Below, piece by piece: positions 7,412-17,141 of a stretch of 64,000 nt of DNA. Source of the DNA: an uncultured Pseudomonadota bacterium. GTDB lineage: Bacteria; Vulcanimicrobiota; Vulcanimicrobiia; Eremiobacterales; Eremiobacteraceae. The DNA lies in the NCBI GenBank assembly GCA_963736005.1, contig CAVTNB010000001.1, forward strand, positions 128,001 through 192,000. The letters run 5' to 3'. The notes under the pieces are model-generated. The model was given only the letters and a program-made list of their open reading frames with translations. It had not been told where the DNA came from and made no database searches. The stretch's first letter is position 1; each line of letters starts with the position of its first letter. Made by a program: the position numbers and the translations under genes.

Positions 7412-10192
7412 ATGCCACCCGAGAGTGAGGCGGAGCTCAAAGGCCTCGTCACTTTACCTACGGGTACGGTGACGTTTCTATTTTCCGACATCGAAGGCTC
7501 GACGCAGCGTTGGGAGCAGCACCGCGAGGCGATGAGGGATGCCGTTCGCCAACACGAGGAGATCATACAGTCGGCGATCGCGGCGCATGATGGCTATGTC
7601 TTCAAGACGATCGGCGACGCGTTTTGCGCAACCTTCCGCACTGCACCTGATGCGATCGCGGCCGCGCTCGACGCCCAGCGCGCACTCGTCAGCGCAGATT
7701 TCAGCAAGGTCGACGGCCTCAAGGTCCGCATGGCCGTGCACACAGGACTGTCCTACGAGCGCAGCGGCGACTACTTCGGTCCCACGGTCAACCGGGTATC
7801 ACGCTTGCTCTCGATCGGATACGGTGGCCAGGTGCTCGTTTCGGGAACCTCGACGGATCTCTCACAAGGTGACATGCCGCCCAAGTCGAGCTTGCGCGAT
7901 CTTGGCGCGCACCGGCTGCGCGATCTCATCCAACCGGAACAGGTCTATCAGCTCGTCTCGCCGGATCTGCCCAGCGAATTTCCGCCGTTACGATCGCTCG
8001 AGGCGCTCCCCAACAACTTGCCGCTACAACTCAGCGAGCTCGTCGGCCGCGAGGCGGACGTCAACGAAGTCGAAAAGCGCCTCGCTAAAACGCGCATTAT
8101 GACGCTCGTCGGCACCGGCGGCGTCGGAAAGACGCGGCTCGCGCTTCAAGTCGGAGCGAACCTGCTCGACAGCTACCCTGACGGGGTATGGTTCACCGAG
8201 CTAGCACCGCTGACCGATCCGAGCTTCGTCGTCGGCGCGATCGCGGCGGTGCTCGACGTCCAAGGGTCCGAAGATAAGCCGCTCATCGAAGTGCTGGTAC
8301 GATCGCTGCGCCACAGGCAGGCGCTCATTATCCTCGACAACTGCGAGCATCTGGTGAGCGGTGCAGCCGATGCGGCGGATCGTCTACTCCATGGGTGCCC
8401 GGGTGTGCGCATCCTGGCGACGAGCCGTGTGGGTCTGAACATCGAGGGTGAGACGGTCGTCCGCGTCGCGTCGCTGGGCGTGCCCAAACGCAACGACGAG
8501 CTCACGGTTCAAGACGCAAAGCTCTTCGGGGCGATTGCGTTATTCGAGGAGCGTGCTTCTGCGGCACTCGAGAATTTCAGTCTCGATGAACGCAACACTG
8601 CAACCGTCGCTCAGATCTGCCGTCGCTTGGACGGTATTCCGCTTGCGATCGAGCTGGCCGCAGCCCGCGTCAAGGTCCTGAGCGTGCAACAGCTCGCCGC
8701 ACGATTGGACGAGCGCTTCCGGATTCTCACCGGCGGCCGGCGCAACGTTTTGCCGAGGCAGCAGACGATGCGCGCGCTCATCGACTGGAGCTATGACCTG
8801 CTCACGGAAAACGAAAAGGCGATGTTCCGAAGGGTCGCCGTCTTCGCAGGCGGGTGGACGCTCGATGCTGCCAGTGACGTCTGCGCCGATGAGCAGATCG
8901 AGCGGTGGGGTCTGCTCGATCTCTTATCCGCGCTTGTCGACAAGTCGATGGTCGTCGCGGAGCTCAGCGGAGCAGAGCAGCGATACCGCCTTTTGGAATC
9001 GACGCGACAGTATGCTTGGGAAAAACTGGTTGAAAGCGGCGAGCGAGACCGCGTCGGTGCCCGCCACGCGAGGTTCTTCGAGGCTTTCGGTCAGCAGCAC
9101 TATGCCGAGCACGCCACCATGTCCATCCGGGCTTGGACCGCCCTTATGGAGCCCGAGCTCGACAACTTTCGGGCGGCCCTGAACTGGACGCTCGCCGAAA
9201 AGCACGATATTGTGCTCGGGGCAAGCCTGGCTGCGGTCTCAGCCCCGGTGTTCTCGCGCCTCAATCTCAGAATCGAGGGTTCGCGCTGGCTGGATTTGGC
9301 ACGGCAAGCGTCGGACGGCGTCTCCACGCTGACCCAAGCGCGGCTTGCACGCTGGGCAGCGCTGTTCTCTCAATTGCAAGGCGGCGGTTTTGAAGAACGC
9401 CAATCCAAGTTCAAACTCGCGATCGAGCTGTTGCGCTCGACAGAAGATAGGCGCGAGCTCAGCATCGTCCTGATGAATTTGGCTTGGGACCTCGCCGTCG
9501 TCGATCGCCTCGACGAGGCGAGGCCCCTCAACGAGGAAGCACTGCACATCGCCCACGAGCTTAACGAAGCGCCGCAAATCGCGCGGTGCTTGTCTCAGGC
9601 GGCCTACCTTGCGACTGATCCCATGGCGCAAGATCGCCTGTTTGAGGACAGCCTTGCGATGTATCGGTCGCTGGGGGATGAAGACCGAGTCGCCGTCACA
9701 CTGGTATGGCGCGCGGAAGCCGCGTTCGTTCGCGGAGCATACGACCAGTGCATCAAGTATGGTACCGAGTCGTTGGAGATCAGCGAACGCACAAAAAACA
9801 AGGCACAGATCTGCATCGATCTGTCCAATTTAGCCAACTACTATCTTGCGACCGGAGAGCTATCGTCCGCGCTCGAGTTCGCGCGAAAAGCGTTGCGGTC
9901 GGCGCGTGAGAATGAAGTAACGTCTGGTACGCTAATGACGATCATTTGCATCGGCAACCTCGCGTGTTGGTGTGCATCCGGCGGTGAGGTCGAACACGGA
10001 GCCCGGCTGTTTGGGTTTGCCGCAGCCGCGCTTGATGCTCTTCGCGAGCGGCGACAGTCGACAGAGCGCATCAACCATGAGCGCGCGCAAGAACGCCTAC
10101 AAAAAGTACTCGGGTCGCGCTTTGAGGAGTTGACGACCGCGGGGGCATCGATGAGCGAAGAACGCGCGATCGAAGAGGCCATGCGTGTCTGA
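7412..10192 (+). CDS. Class III adenylate/guanylate cyclase + STAND (AAA/NB-ARC-like) ATPase + TPR protein
   Basis: Cyclase motifs LFSDIEGST, FKTIGDAF, DYFGPTVNRVSRL. Walker A GTGGVGKT, Walker B LIILDNCEH, RLDGIPLAIELAAAR; helical TPR-like C-terminus. Confidence 0.93.
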   Translation: MPPESEAELKGLVTLPTGTVTFLFSDIEGSTQRWEQHREAMRDAVRQHEEIIQSAIAAHDGYVFKTIGDAFCATFRTAPDAIAAALDAQRALVSADFSKVDGLKVRMAVHTGLSYERSGDYFGPTVNRVSRLLSIGYGGQVLVSGTSTDLSQGDMPPKSSLRDLGAHRLRDLIQPEQVYQLVSPDLPSEFPPLRSLEALPNNLPLQLSELVGREADVNEVEKRLAKTRIMTLVGTGGVGKTRLALQVGANLLDSYPDGVWFTELAPLTDPSFVVGAIAAVLDVQGSEDKPLIEVLVRSLRHRQALIILDNCEHLVSGAADAADRLLHGCPGVRILATSRVGLNIEGETVVRVASLGVPKRNDELTVQDAKLFGAIALFEERASAALENFSLDERNTATVAQICRRLDGIPLAIELAAARVKVLSVQQLAARLDERFRILTGGRRNVLPRQQTMRALIDWSYDLLTENEKAMFRRVAVFAGGWTLDAASDVCADEQIERWGLLDLLSALVDKSMVVAELSGAEQRYRLLESTRQYAWEKLVESGERDRVGARHARFFEAFGQQHYAEHATMSIRAWTALMEPELDNFRAALNWTLAEKHDIVLGASLAAVSAPVFSRLNLRIEGSRWLDLARQASDGVSTLTQARLARWAALFSQLQGGGFEERQSKFKLAIELLRSTEDRRELSIVLMNLAWDLAVVDRLDEARPLNEEALHIAHELNEAPQIARCLSQAAYLATDPMAQDRLFEDSLAMYRSLGDEDRVAVTLVWRAEAAFVRGAYDQCIKYGTESLEISERTKNKAQICIDLSNLANYYLATGELSSALEFARKALRSARENEVTSGTLMTIICIGNLACWCASGGEVEHGARLFGFAAAALDALRERRQSTERINHERAQERLQKVLGSRFEELTTAGASMSEERAIEEAMRV

Positions 10193-10299
10193 AGCCATCG
10201 CCGAACGCAAGCAGCGGTCCAGCGACACGAAGAGATCATGCGCACCGTGAAATGCGGAGCTCGAAAGCTTGCAGCCGAAGGCGCGGCGTGGTCGGAAGA

Positions 10300-10508
10300 T
10301 CCGGGCAGGGTTAGGTTTTCACCCTATTGGGCGCAGGCAACCCTGCTGCAGTCCTTTGCGTGCCGGCGTGATCACAACGCTAGCTGCCATCCTGGGTCAT
10401 GATATGACCATGCTCATGCGCGTGTACGGTCATCAGATCCCTTTCGCTGAGGACACGGCCGCGAAAGCCCTTCAACAGGCGCTAGCAGGCGCGCCAAACG
10501 GCGGGTAA
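10300..10508 (+). pseudogene. Tyrosine recombinase/integrase C-terminal remnant
   Basis: FHPIGRR...LRAGV..TLAAILGHDMTMLMRVYGH matches the HxLRH...LGH...Y catalytic tail, with the HxxR box decayed. No N-terminal part is present. Confidence 0.7.
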
Positions 10509-10579
10509 GAAAATGGCTTTTCGAGCCCTTTTAGAGATCGTTCGTGAAGCCTTACAGAATAAGACTTCGACAAACTTAG

Positions 10580-10650
<71 letters not shown>

Positions 10651-10660
10651 TTTTCTTTCC

Positions 10661-11395
10661 CTACGAGCCGGTCGTGCGATAGTGATAGTTGATCGTCGTC
10701 GTCTGGCCGCCTGAAATCATCGGTTGGTCCTTCAAGAGGAAGCCCTGTTTGCGACTGGCCGCAAGCTGGAGTGGTAGACTCAACTTTGTTGGAACGTTGA
10801 GCGCGAGGCTGACGCTTGACGTCGGACAGTCCGGTGGCAGCGTCACAGCGACGACGACAGCATTCCCGTGGAGCTCGCTAAACGCGAAGCGGTTGAAGAG
10901 ATGCTCGGGCTTGGAGTGACAAAGCAGATTCGCGCGCGTCACCAGAGAATCAAGTTCATGCACGGGGAAATAGTCGGTCAGCAACGCGGGAGTGCCCGGA
11001 TGGCGAAGGTCGATGGCCACGGTCTTGCGGCCGGTTCCTGTGGCTCCACTTGCGCATTTCATGGTATCGGTATCCATGATGGAGACGATCGATCCAACGA
11101 CGGATTGAAGCTGCGTCACTCGCACAAAGTCGCAATCCGAGGTCTGCTTGCGCGTGATGCTGTGGAAGTCAAAAATTGTCAATCCCAGCTCGGAGAGCGC
11201 TTGCCGCGATGGCCCCAGCACGGGCGACGCGGAAATATCACCAGCTGTCCAGCGAATCGAGAATCCGCCGCTCGTACCCGCCCATATCAGCTTTGGCGGA
11301 CCGGCAGGCGGTGATGCCGGCGGCGGCGCGATTGCCATTTTGCCACACGCCGCTACAACCGAGGAAGCCAATATCAAGATCACAAGTCGCTTCAT
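10661..11395 (-). CDS. Hypothetical lipoprotein
   Basis: RBS AAGGAG then MKRLVILILASSVVAAC (lipobox), Pro-rich linker, several Cys. Confidence 0.75.
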   Translation of the reverse strand: MKRLVILILASSVVAACGKMAIAPPPASPPAGPPKLIWAGTSGGFSIRWTAGDISASPVLGPSRQALSELGLTIFDFHSITRKQTSDCDFVRVTQLQSVVGSIVSIMDTDTMKCASGATGTGRKTVAIDLRHPGTPALLTDYFPVHELDSLVTRANLLCHSKPEHLFNRFAFSELHGNAVVVAVTLPPDCPTSSVSLALNVPTKLSLPLQLAASRKQGFLLKDQPMISGGQTTTINYHYRTTGS

Positions 11396-11467
11396 ACGTG
11401 CGCTCCTTTGCGTGGCGGTTCCAACGTCGGCGCGCGCAGGACCTGCAAGAGGGGTGGACAGCGCACG

Positions 11468-11476
11468 TGCTATAAT
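11468..11476 (+). promoter_or_regulatory. Extended -10 promoter (TGcTATAAT) for a probably leaderless recG transcript
   Basis: TG-n-TATAAT at 11468-11476, ATG at 11484 seven nt downstream, no SD sequence. Confidence 0.65.
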
Positions 11477-11483
11477 CGCCAAG

Positions 11484-13649
11484 ATGGCAACGAGGGTTAC
11501 CCCGCACGCTCCCGCATCAGACGAGGAATCGCCTGTTCTCGCCAAGCGCGCCGCGGCAGTTTTCGGATTATCGAACCGCACAGGGGCTGCGCTCGAGAGA
11601 CTTGGCATCGTCTCGGTGCGAGATCTCATTCGACATTTCCCGTACCGCTACGACGATCTACGCGATCCGACGCCGATTGCACAAATCCAAAGCGCTCGCA
11701 CAAACCCGGCGGCTCATGGCGGCACGGGCGAGATCAATGCGTTAGGCACGGTGCTCCACTGTTCGCACGTGCGCCTGCGCGGGCGCATCAGAGCCAAGAC
11801 AACGGCCACCATCGACGACGGAACGGGTAGTCTTCAAGCCGTGTGGTTTGGGAGACCTTATCTTGCCGGACAGCTCAAAGTCGGCAGCCGCGTTTTCGTT
11901 CGCGGGCGGGTCGACTACACGCTCACCGGGGCGAGCATCAACGTGAGCCGTCATCGCGTCTTGAAAGCTGACGAATCGTATCGCGGCGAGCTCGTCCCTG
12001 TGTACGCTCAGACGGCGGGTTTGACGAGCTACGAACTGCGCCGCCTGATCCACGGGGCGCTCCGCCTCGTCTCTGCCGATCCTTCCGCTAAGCTGGAGCT
12101 CGATCCGTTGCCAAAGCTCGTCAACAAGCAGGAACGCTTTGGCGATGCCTGGCGCGCGATCGCGGCCATTCACGACCCAGCGACTCCAGAAGCGGCGCAA
12201 GAAGCTCGGCGCCGACTGGTGTTCGAAGAGTTCTTTCTGCTGGCGCTGCGCGCCGCTCGGCGTCGCGCGACGCGGCAACATGAAGCCGGACCAGACTTTG
12301 GGAGCGTGGCTAGCAAGACGGCGCAACGCGAATTTCGCAACAGCCTGCGCAAGGCAATTCCTTTCGAGCTCACGCACGCGCAGGTTCGGGTCATCGACGA
12401 GATCGCCGCCGACATGACAAAAAACACGCCGATGAACCGACTGCTTCAAGGTGACGTGGGTTCCGGCAAGACGGCGGTCGCTCTGGCTGCCATGATTCTG
12501 TGCGCCCAGGCGGGGTATCAAGCGGCGTTCATGGCGCCCACCGAAGTCTTGGCAGCTCAACAGTTTAACAAGATCAATGGCTGGCTGTCCCAAGTGGGTT
12601 GCAAGAGCGCGTTGATCATCGGAGCGCTCAAACGCCGCACGCGCGACGACATCCTCGAGCAACTGCGCGCAGGTGAGCTGGGTGCCGTCGTGGGCACGCA
12701 TGCACTGTTGACGGAAGACGTTGATTTCGCCAAACTCGGTCTCGCGATCATCGACGAGCAGCATCGCTTTGGCGTTTTGCAGCGGGCGGCGCTGCGCAGC
12801 AAAGCCGGAGATGTTGCGCCGCACACGCTCGTGATGACCGCGACGCCCATTCCGCGCACGCTCGCGCAAACGGTGTATGCGGATCTCGACGTCTCGACGA
12901 TCGATGAGATGCCGCCCGGGCGGCGACCGATTAAAACCTTCGTTCGCGGTGAGGAGGCAAAAGAAAAAGTCTTCGCGTTTGTGCGAAGCGAGGTGGAAAA
13001 GGGTCATCAAGCCTTTGTCGTCTGTCCGGCAATTGATGAGTCCGAGCGAGCGCTCCACTCGGCGCAGCAGCAAGCGGAAGAGCTCCGCAAGACTGCCTTC
13101 GCAGGCATACAGGTCACCCTGCTCCACGGTCGCATGTCCGTCGCGCAAAAAGACGAAATCATGAAGCTTTTTGCTGACGGTTTTATCAAAGTCTTGATTT
13201 CGACGACGGTGATTGAAGTTGGCGTGGACATCCCAAATGCGACGGTGATGCTCGTCTTGGATGCGCAAACCTTCGGCCTTGCGCAATTGCATCAATTGCG
13301 CGGCCGCGTTGGTAGGGGTGCCGCGCAATCCTTTTGCATTCTCGTCGCTCCGAATGCCGCCGACGCTGCTCGCTTGCACGTGCTGGCGAAGACCAACGAT
13401 GGCTTCGTCATCGCCGAGGAGGACATGAAAATACGCGGTAGCGGCGACTTGGCTGGGACCCGGCAACATGGCGGCAACGAGCTGCGTCTCGCACACCTTC
13501 TTCGAGATTATCCGGTCTTCGTGCGTGCAAAAAAGGCAGCGGAGGCGCTGGTGGCTGCCGATCCGGACCTCGTGCGCCCCGAGAACCGATCGCTCGCTGC
13601 GCACCTCGCGGCGCAGGACCGCGAGATTCTGCTGCGAGAGAGTTCCTAG
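11484..13649 (+). CDS. recG: ATP-dependent DNA helicase RecG
   Basis: FPYRYDD wedge domain, RLLQGDVGSGKT, IDEQHRFGV, MTATPIPRTL, QLHQLRGRVGRG. Confidence 0.97.
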   Translation: MATRVTPHAPASDEESPVLAKRAAAVFGLSNRTGAALERLGIVSVRDLIRHFPYRYDDLRDPTPIAQIQSARTNPAAHGGTGEINALGTVLHCSHVRLRGRIRAKTTATIDDGTGSLQAVWFGRPYLAGQLKVGSRVFVRGRVDYTLTGASINVSRHRVLKADESYRGELVPVYAQTAGLTSYELRRLIHGALRLVSADPSAKLELDPLPKLVNKQERFGDAWRAIAAIHDPATPEAAQEARRRLVFEEFFLLALRAARRRATRQHEAGPDFGSVASKTAQREFRNSLRKAIPFELTHAQVRVIDEIAADMTKNTPMNRLLQGDVGSGKTAVALAAMILCAQAGYQAAFMAPTEVLAAQQFNKINGWLSQVGCKSALIIGALKRRTRDDILEQLRAGELGAVVGTHALLTEDVDFAKLGLAIIDEQHRFGVLQRAALRSKAGDVAPHTLVMTATPIPRTLAQTVYADLDVSTIDEMPPGRRPIKTFVRGEEAKEKVFAFVRSEVEKGHQAFVVCPAIDESERALHSAQQQAEELRKTAFAGIQVTLLHGRMSVAQKDEIMKLFADGFIKVLISTTVIEVGVDIPNATVMLVLDAQTFGLAQLHQLRGRVGRGAAQSFCILVAPNAADAARLHVLAKTNDGFVIAEEDMKIRGSGDLAGTRQHGGNELRLAHLLRDYPVFVRAKKAAEALVAADPDLVRPENRSLAAHLAAQDREILLRESS

Positions 13650-13696
13650 CGCGCGTTGCAGAGGGCGAGCGCTGCGCGGTCGTGTAACTAGGCTGC

Positions 13697-14332
13697 ATGC
13701 GATTGTCCGGGGGCGAACGCTCGGGCCAGCGAGTTGCTGCTCCGAAAGGAAAGAAGACCCGCCCCACGCCTGCGCGGGTGCGCGAAGCTCTGTTCGCCGT
13801 CTTGGGAAAGCGCGTCGAGGAAGCTCGCGTGCTCGACCTGTTTGCCGGATCGGGCGCTCTTGGGTTTGAGGCGATGTCACGTGGCGCTGGTTCGGTTGTT
13901 TTTGTCGACAACGACGCTGCCGCGGTCATGTCCATCCGCCGCAATGCCGTCCGCTTGTTAAACGATCCCAATCGCTGGCGCGTCGTGCCGATGAGCGCGG
14001 CTCGCGCGTTGCGAATGTTGCGCGGCACTTTTGACGTGGTGCTCGTGGATCCGCCTTACCAACGCGGCGCCACCGAAGAACTCGCGCTGATCGTGCAACG
14101 CGGTTTGCTTGCGCAAGGTGGGGTGGTCGTCTGGGAGCATCCCTCGGGAGCCGCCAACCAACTACCCGCGTCGATGCGCATCATTAAAGAAGCCAAGTAT
14201 GGCGACACGTCGTTAACGTTTGCCACCACGCGCAGCGACGGTCGTCTGCAGCCCGAGGGGCGCGAGGAGGATGACGTGGCCGCTGTGTCATCGGCTCGCA
14301 ACTCGTCGCGCGCCCGGTCTGCGCGAAAATGA
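13697..14332 (+). CDS. rsmD: 16S rRNA (guanine966-N2)-methyltransferase
   Basis: TRPTPARVREALF, LDLFAGSGALG, DPPY, YGDT motifs; recG-rsmD-coaD synteny. Confidence 0.93.
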   Translation: MRLSGGERSGQRVAAPKGKKTRPTPARVREALFAVLGKRVEEARVLDLFAGSGALGFEAMSRGAGSVVFVDNDAAAVMSIRRNAVRLLNDPNRWRVVPMSAARALRMLRGTFDVVLVDPPYQRGATEELALIVQRGLLAQGGVVVWEHPSGAANQLPASMRIIKEAKYGDTSLTFATTRSDGRLQPEGREEDDVAAVSSARNSSRARSARK

Positions 14333-14865
14333 TCCCGCGCGCCGTGTACCCCGGAAGTTTCGACCCGGTGACCAACGGCCATCTCGATATCATCCGTCGT
14401 GTCGCTGCGCACTATCCAAGACTGATCGTCGCCGTGGTCGCCAATCCCAATAAGAAGCCCCTCTTGACGCTGCAGCAGCGAGTCGATTTACTTCGAGATG
14501 TCTGTTCCGGTTTGCGAGGCATTGAGGTCGACTGCTTTGATGGACTGCTCGTCGACTACGTACGCGCCAGGGGTGCATCGCTGATTATCAAAGGACTTCG
14601 CATCGTTTCCGACTTCGAATACGAGTTTTCCATGGCGGTCCTCAATCGACATCTGCCCGGCGGCGTTGACACGATGTTTTTGCCGGCGAGTCTTGAATAT
14701 GCGCATATCTCATCTTCATCGGTGCGGGAAGTCTTTTCGCTGGGCGGCGACATTTCGGAATTCGTACCGCCCGCCGTCCTGCGCACAATGAAGCGGCTGC
14801 AACCCAGCCGCGCAAGTTCTTCGAAGAAGTCAGTCAAGAAATCCGTGGGAGGAAAGACCGTATGA
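14329..14865 (+). CDS. coaD: Pantetheine-phosphate adenylyltransferase
   Basis: YPGSFDPVTNGHLDII, KGLR..SDFEYE, ISSSSVRE. Confidence 0.97.
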   Translation: MIPRAVYPGSFDPVTNGHLDIIRRVAAHYPRLIVAVVANPNKKPLLTLQQRVDLLRDVCSGLRGIEVDCFDGLLVDYVRARGASLIIKGLRIVSDFEYEFSMAVLNRHLPGGVDTMFLPASLEYAHISSSSVREVFSLGGDISEFVPPAVLRTMKRLQPSRASSSKKSVKKSVGGKTV

Positions 14866-15332
14866 GCGCTTACCGCGTTATCGACAAGCTGGAGTCCCTC
14901 GTCAGAGAGGGTGTGTGGATGCCTTTCGGCTGGCGCGCAGTCAACTCAGATCGCGCCCTCGACCTCATTGAAAAGCTGCGCACGACGCTGCCCGACGAGG
15001 CGTATCGAGCCAAGCGCAGCGAGGGTAGCGAGCGCGCCGCCGAGATCCGGGAAGGGGGGAGCTTAAACCCGCCCGACGAGTCGAAGGTGAGGGCCACGGA
15101 GAGCGACCTGATCGCCAAGGCGCAGGCCAGGGCGGACGGCATCGTCGAGCAGGCCCAAGCTGCGGCACGTGACATACGCAAGGGTGCCGACGAGTATGCA
15201 GACCAAGTGCTTGCGTCGCTCGACACGAGCCTGACCAAAGCGCACGCGGCAGTGCAGAAAGGCCGCCAAGCACTTGCGGTGCCGCTCGCGCAGAGCAACG
15301 GGAAAAAGCCGCGAGAAATGAGCGCAACATAG
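14862..15332 (+). CDS. Conserved coiled-coil protein (DivIVA/ATP synthase b-like family found after coaD)
   Basis: IDKLESLV...MPF...LRTTLP...ADEYADQVL pattern; ATGA overlap with coaD. Confidence 0.7.
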   Translation: MSAYRVIDKLESLVREGVWMPFGWRAVNSDRALDLIEKLRTTLPDEAYRAKRSEGSERAAEIREGGSLNPPDESKVRATESDLIAKAQARADGIVEQAQAAARDIRKGADEYADQVLASLDTSLTKAHAAVQKGRQALAVPLAQSNGKKPREMSAT

Positions 15333-15388
15333 TCGACCCTTCCTTTTGGACAGCGCAGCGGCGCCGCACGGTCGCCCGGGCCGCGCGC

Positions 15389-16339
15389 GTGTTGCTCGTG
15401 CTAGCGCTTATCGCGGGAGCGTTCTTCCTTATTCCGATCCCCTACATAATTTTTGGCCCCGGCGCGGCGGTCGACCTCAGCCGCGCCATCACGGTACCGG
15501 GTCACGTGCCTCCGCCCGGGCGTTTTTATCTGACCGACGTCAACCTTATGCCCGGCCGGCCGTTCTTTTACTTGATCGCGCGCGTGCTGCCGGGTTTCGA
15601 AATCATTCACCGCCAGGAGCTCGTGCCGCCAAATGTCAGCGACCGCCAGCTCAACTTGGCACTGATCGACGCGATGACGGAAAGTCAAACCAACGCGCAG
15701 ATCGTCGCCGAACGTGCCGCCGGCCTCACGGTGAAAGCGCGCTCGAACTTTGTCGTGACCCAGCTTGTGGCTGGTGCCCCTGGAGCGCGTTGCTTTCGCC
15801 TTGGCGACAAGATCTCAAGCGTCGACGGCCGCACCCTGAAAGACGCAGCGACGCTCCCCGACGCGACGGCGTCGAAGCCGTCCGGCACGATGTTTTCCCT
15901 TTCCTTGCACCGGGGGGGTGCGACAATGACGGTGAAATGCACGACCTTTCGCCTTCGCGGGAAGCCCCGTTTTGGCATCACTGGAAGTTTTCAAACGGAG
16001 GCATACTCGCTGCCGGTGCATGTTGCGTTTCACGTACCCAATATCAACGGATCGAGCGCCGGGCTGATGTTTGCTCTGCAGATCTATCGAACGCTGACGA
16101 ACAAAGATATTTCCTCGAGTGAGGATGTTGCCGGTACCGGCGTGCTGGCGGCCGATGGATCTGTGAGCGCAATCGAAGGGGCTCGGGAAAAAGTGCGGGC
16201 CGCGACACGCGCCCGGGCACGTATCTTCCTGGTGCCCGTGACAGATTATCCCGCGATCAAGGACACGCCCAACATCCACGTGATTCCGGTTTCAAGCTTC
16301 CAAGCTGCCCTGGACGCACTCCAAAAAACCCAGCTGTGA
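15389..16339 (+). CDS. PDZ + Lon-type S16 protease domain protein (YlbL-like); true start may be upstream (15329)
   Basis: N-terminal TM, PY...PG, PDZ-like GDKI..VDG, GSSAGLMFAL (catalytic Ser), AGTG and EKV (catalytic Lys). Confidence 0.88.
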   Translation: MLLVLALIAGAFFLIPIPYIIFGPGAAVDLSRAITVPGHVPPPGRFYLTDVNLMPGRPFFYLIARVLPGFEIIHRQELVPPNVSDRQLNLALIDAMTESQTNAQIVAERAAGLTVKARSNFVVTQLVAGAPGARCFRLGDKISSVDGRTLKDAATLPDATASKPSGTMFSLSLHRGGATMTVKCTTFRLRGKPRFGITGSFQTEAYSLPVHVAFHVPNINGSSAGLMFALQIYRTLTNKDISSSEDVAGTGVLAADGSVSAIEGAREKVRAATRARARIFLVPVTDYPAIKDTPNIHVIPVSSFQAALDALQKTQL

Positions 16340-16346
16340 TGGTTCC

Positions 16347-16853
16347 ATGAAGATTTCTGTCGATCCACTCTTTCATTCCGATGTGCAAACGATCGAGGTC
16401 GAGCAGCTCGTTCGGCTCAGCGGCGAGTTGGGATTGCGATATCCAGACGGGGCGCACATGACTGCGACGATCAGTCACATTAGTCACGGCGTGCACATGC
16501 AAGGAACGCTCGGCGGTGTCGAACGCGAGGTGTGCGCGCGCTGTCTCGAGCCGTTCGCCCGGCCAACCAATATTGAAATCTCGGAGACGTTCAGCGAAGA
16601 CGTTGGAAAAGACGAAGACTTCTACTCGGAAGTATCGCCGCTTGTGGATCGTTCAATCGACCTGACGGATCTCGTCTCCCAGCTGTTGGAAGTCGACGAA
16701 CCAATAGCGCCGGTGTGTTCCGATTGGTGCCGCGGCATGTGCGGAAGCTGTGGCACAAATCTCAACCTTGGTCCGTGCACGTGCGCGCAAAACAATGACG
16801 ACCCGCGGTTGGCAGGCCTGGCCCGTTTGCGGGACGAATTGGAGAAAATGTAG
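16347..16853 (+). CDS. yceD: DUF177/YceD family protein
   Basis: CARCLEP, C..C.G.C..CG.NLN...C.C and DPRLA motifs; directly upstream of rpmF. Confidence 0.9.
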   Translation: MKISVDPLFHSDVQTIEVEQLVRLSGELGLRYPDGAHMTATISHISHGVHMQGTLGGVEREVCARCLEPFARPTNIEISETFSEDVGKDEDFYSEVSPLVDRSIDLTDLVSQLLEVDEPIAPVCSDWCRGMCGSCGTNLNLGPCTCAQNNDDPRLAGLARLRDELEKM

Positions 16854-16909
16854 CGGCGCGAGTTCATTCGCGCCAATGCCAAATGCAGCGGCGGACCTTT
16901 AGATCCGCC
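16850..16909 (+). repeat. GTAG-type REP palindrome pair
   Basis: GTAG-C-GGCGCGA/gttcat/TCGCGCC, then GCAG-C-GGCGGA/cctttaga/TCCGCC; the first GTAG contains the yceD stop. Confidence 0.75.
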
Positions 16910-16931
16910 TGGCGTTCGCGCGAAGGAACCT

Positions 16932-17138
16932 ATGGCAAACCCAAAACAAAGGCGCAGCAAATCAAATATTCGGACGCGCCGTCGCACGTGGAAACTGCGC
17001 AGGGTCACGCTCTCGACCTGTCCGCAGTGCAAGCAGCCCCGGCGTCCACACTACGCGTGCACGCACTGCGGCTATTACAACGGCCGTCTGGCTGTGAAAC
17101 AAAAGGACGAGTCGACGACAAGTCGAGCGAAAGGTTAG
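16932..17138 (+). CDS. rpmF: 50S ribosomal protein L32
   Basis: MANPKQRRSKS...CPQC...PHYACTHCGYYNGR. Confidence 0.97.
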   Translation: MANPKQRRSKSNIRTRRRTWKLRRVTLSTCPQCKQPRRPHYACTHCGYYNGRLAVKQKDESTTSRAKG

Positions 17139-17141
17139 CGT

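Noticed and set aside
11148..11629. Long N-terminal extensions of recG and the divergent lipoprotein in the ORF track
   Set aside because: They overlap each other; better starts exist at 11484 (extended -10, leaderless) and 11395 (SD plus signal peptide).
11742..13880. 712-aa ORF antisense to recG (likewise 721..1923 and many other shadow ORFs)
   Set aside because: Fully overlaps a clearly conserved gene and has no motifs; long antisense ORFs are expected at high GC.
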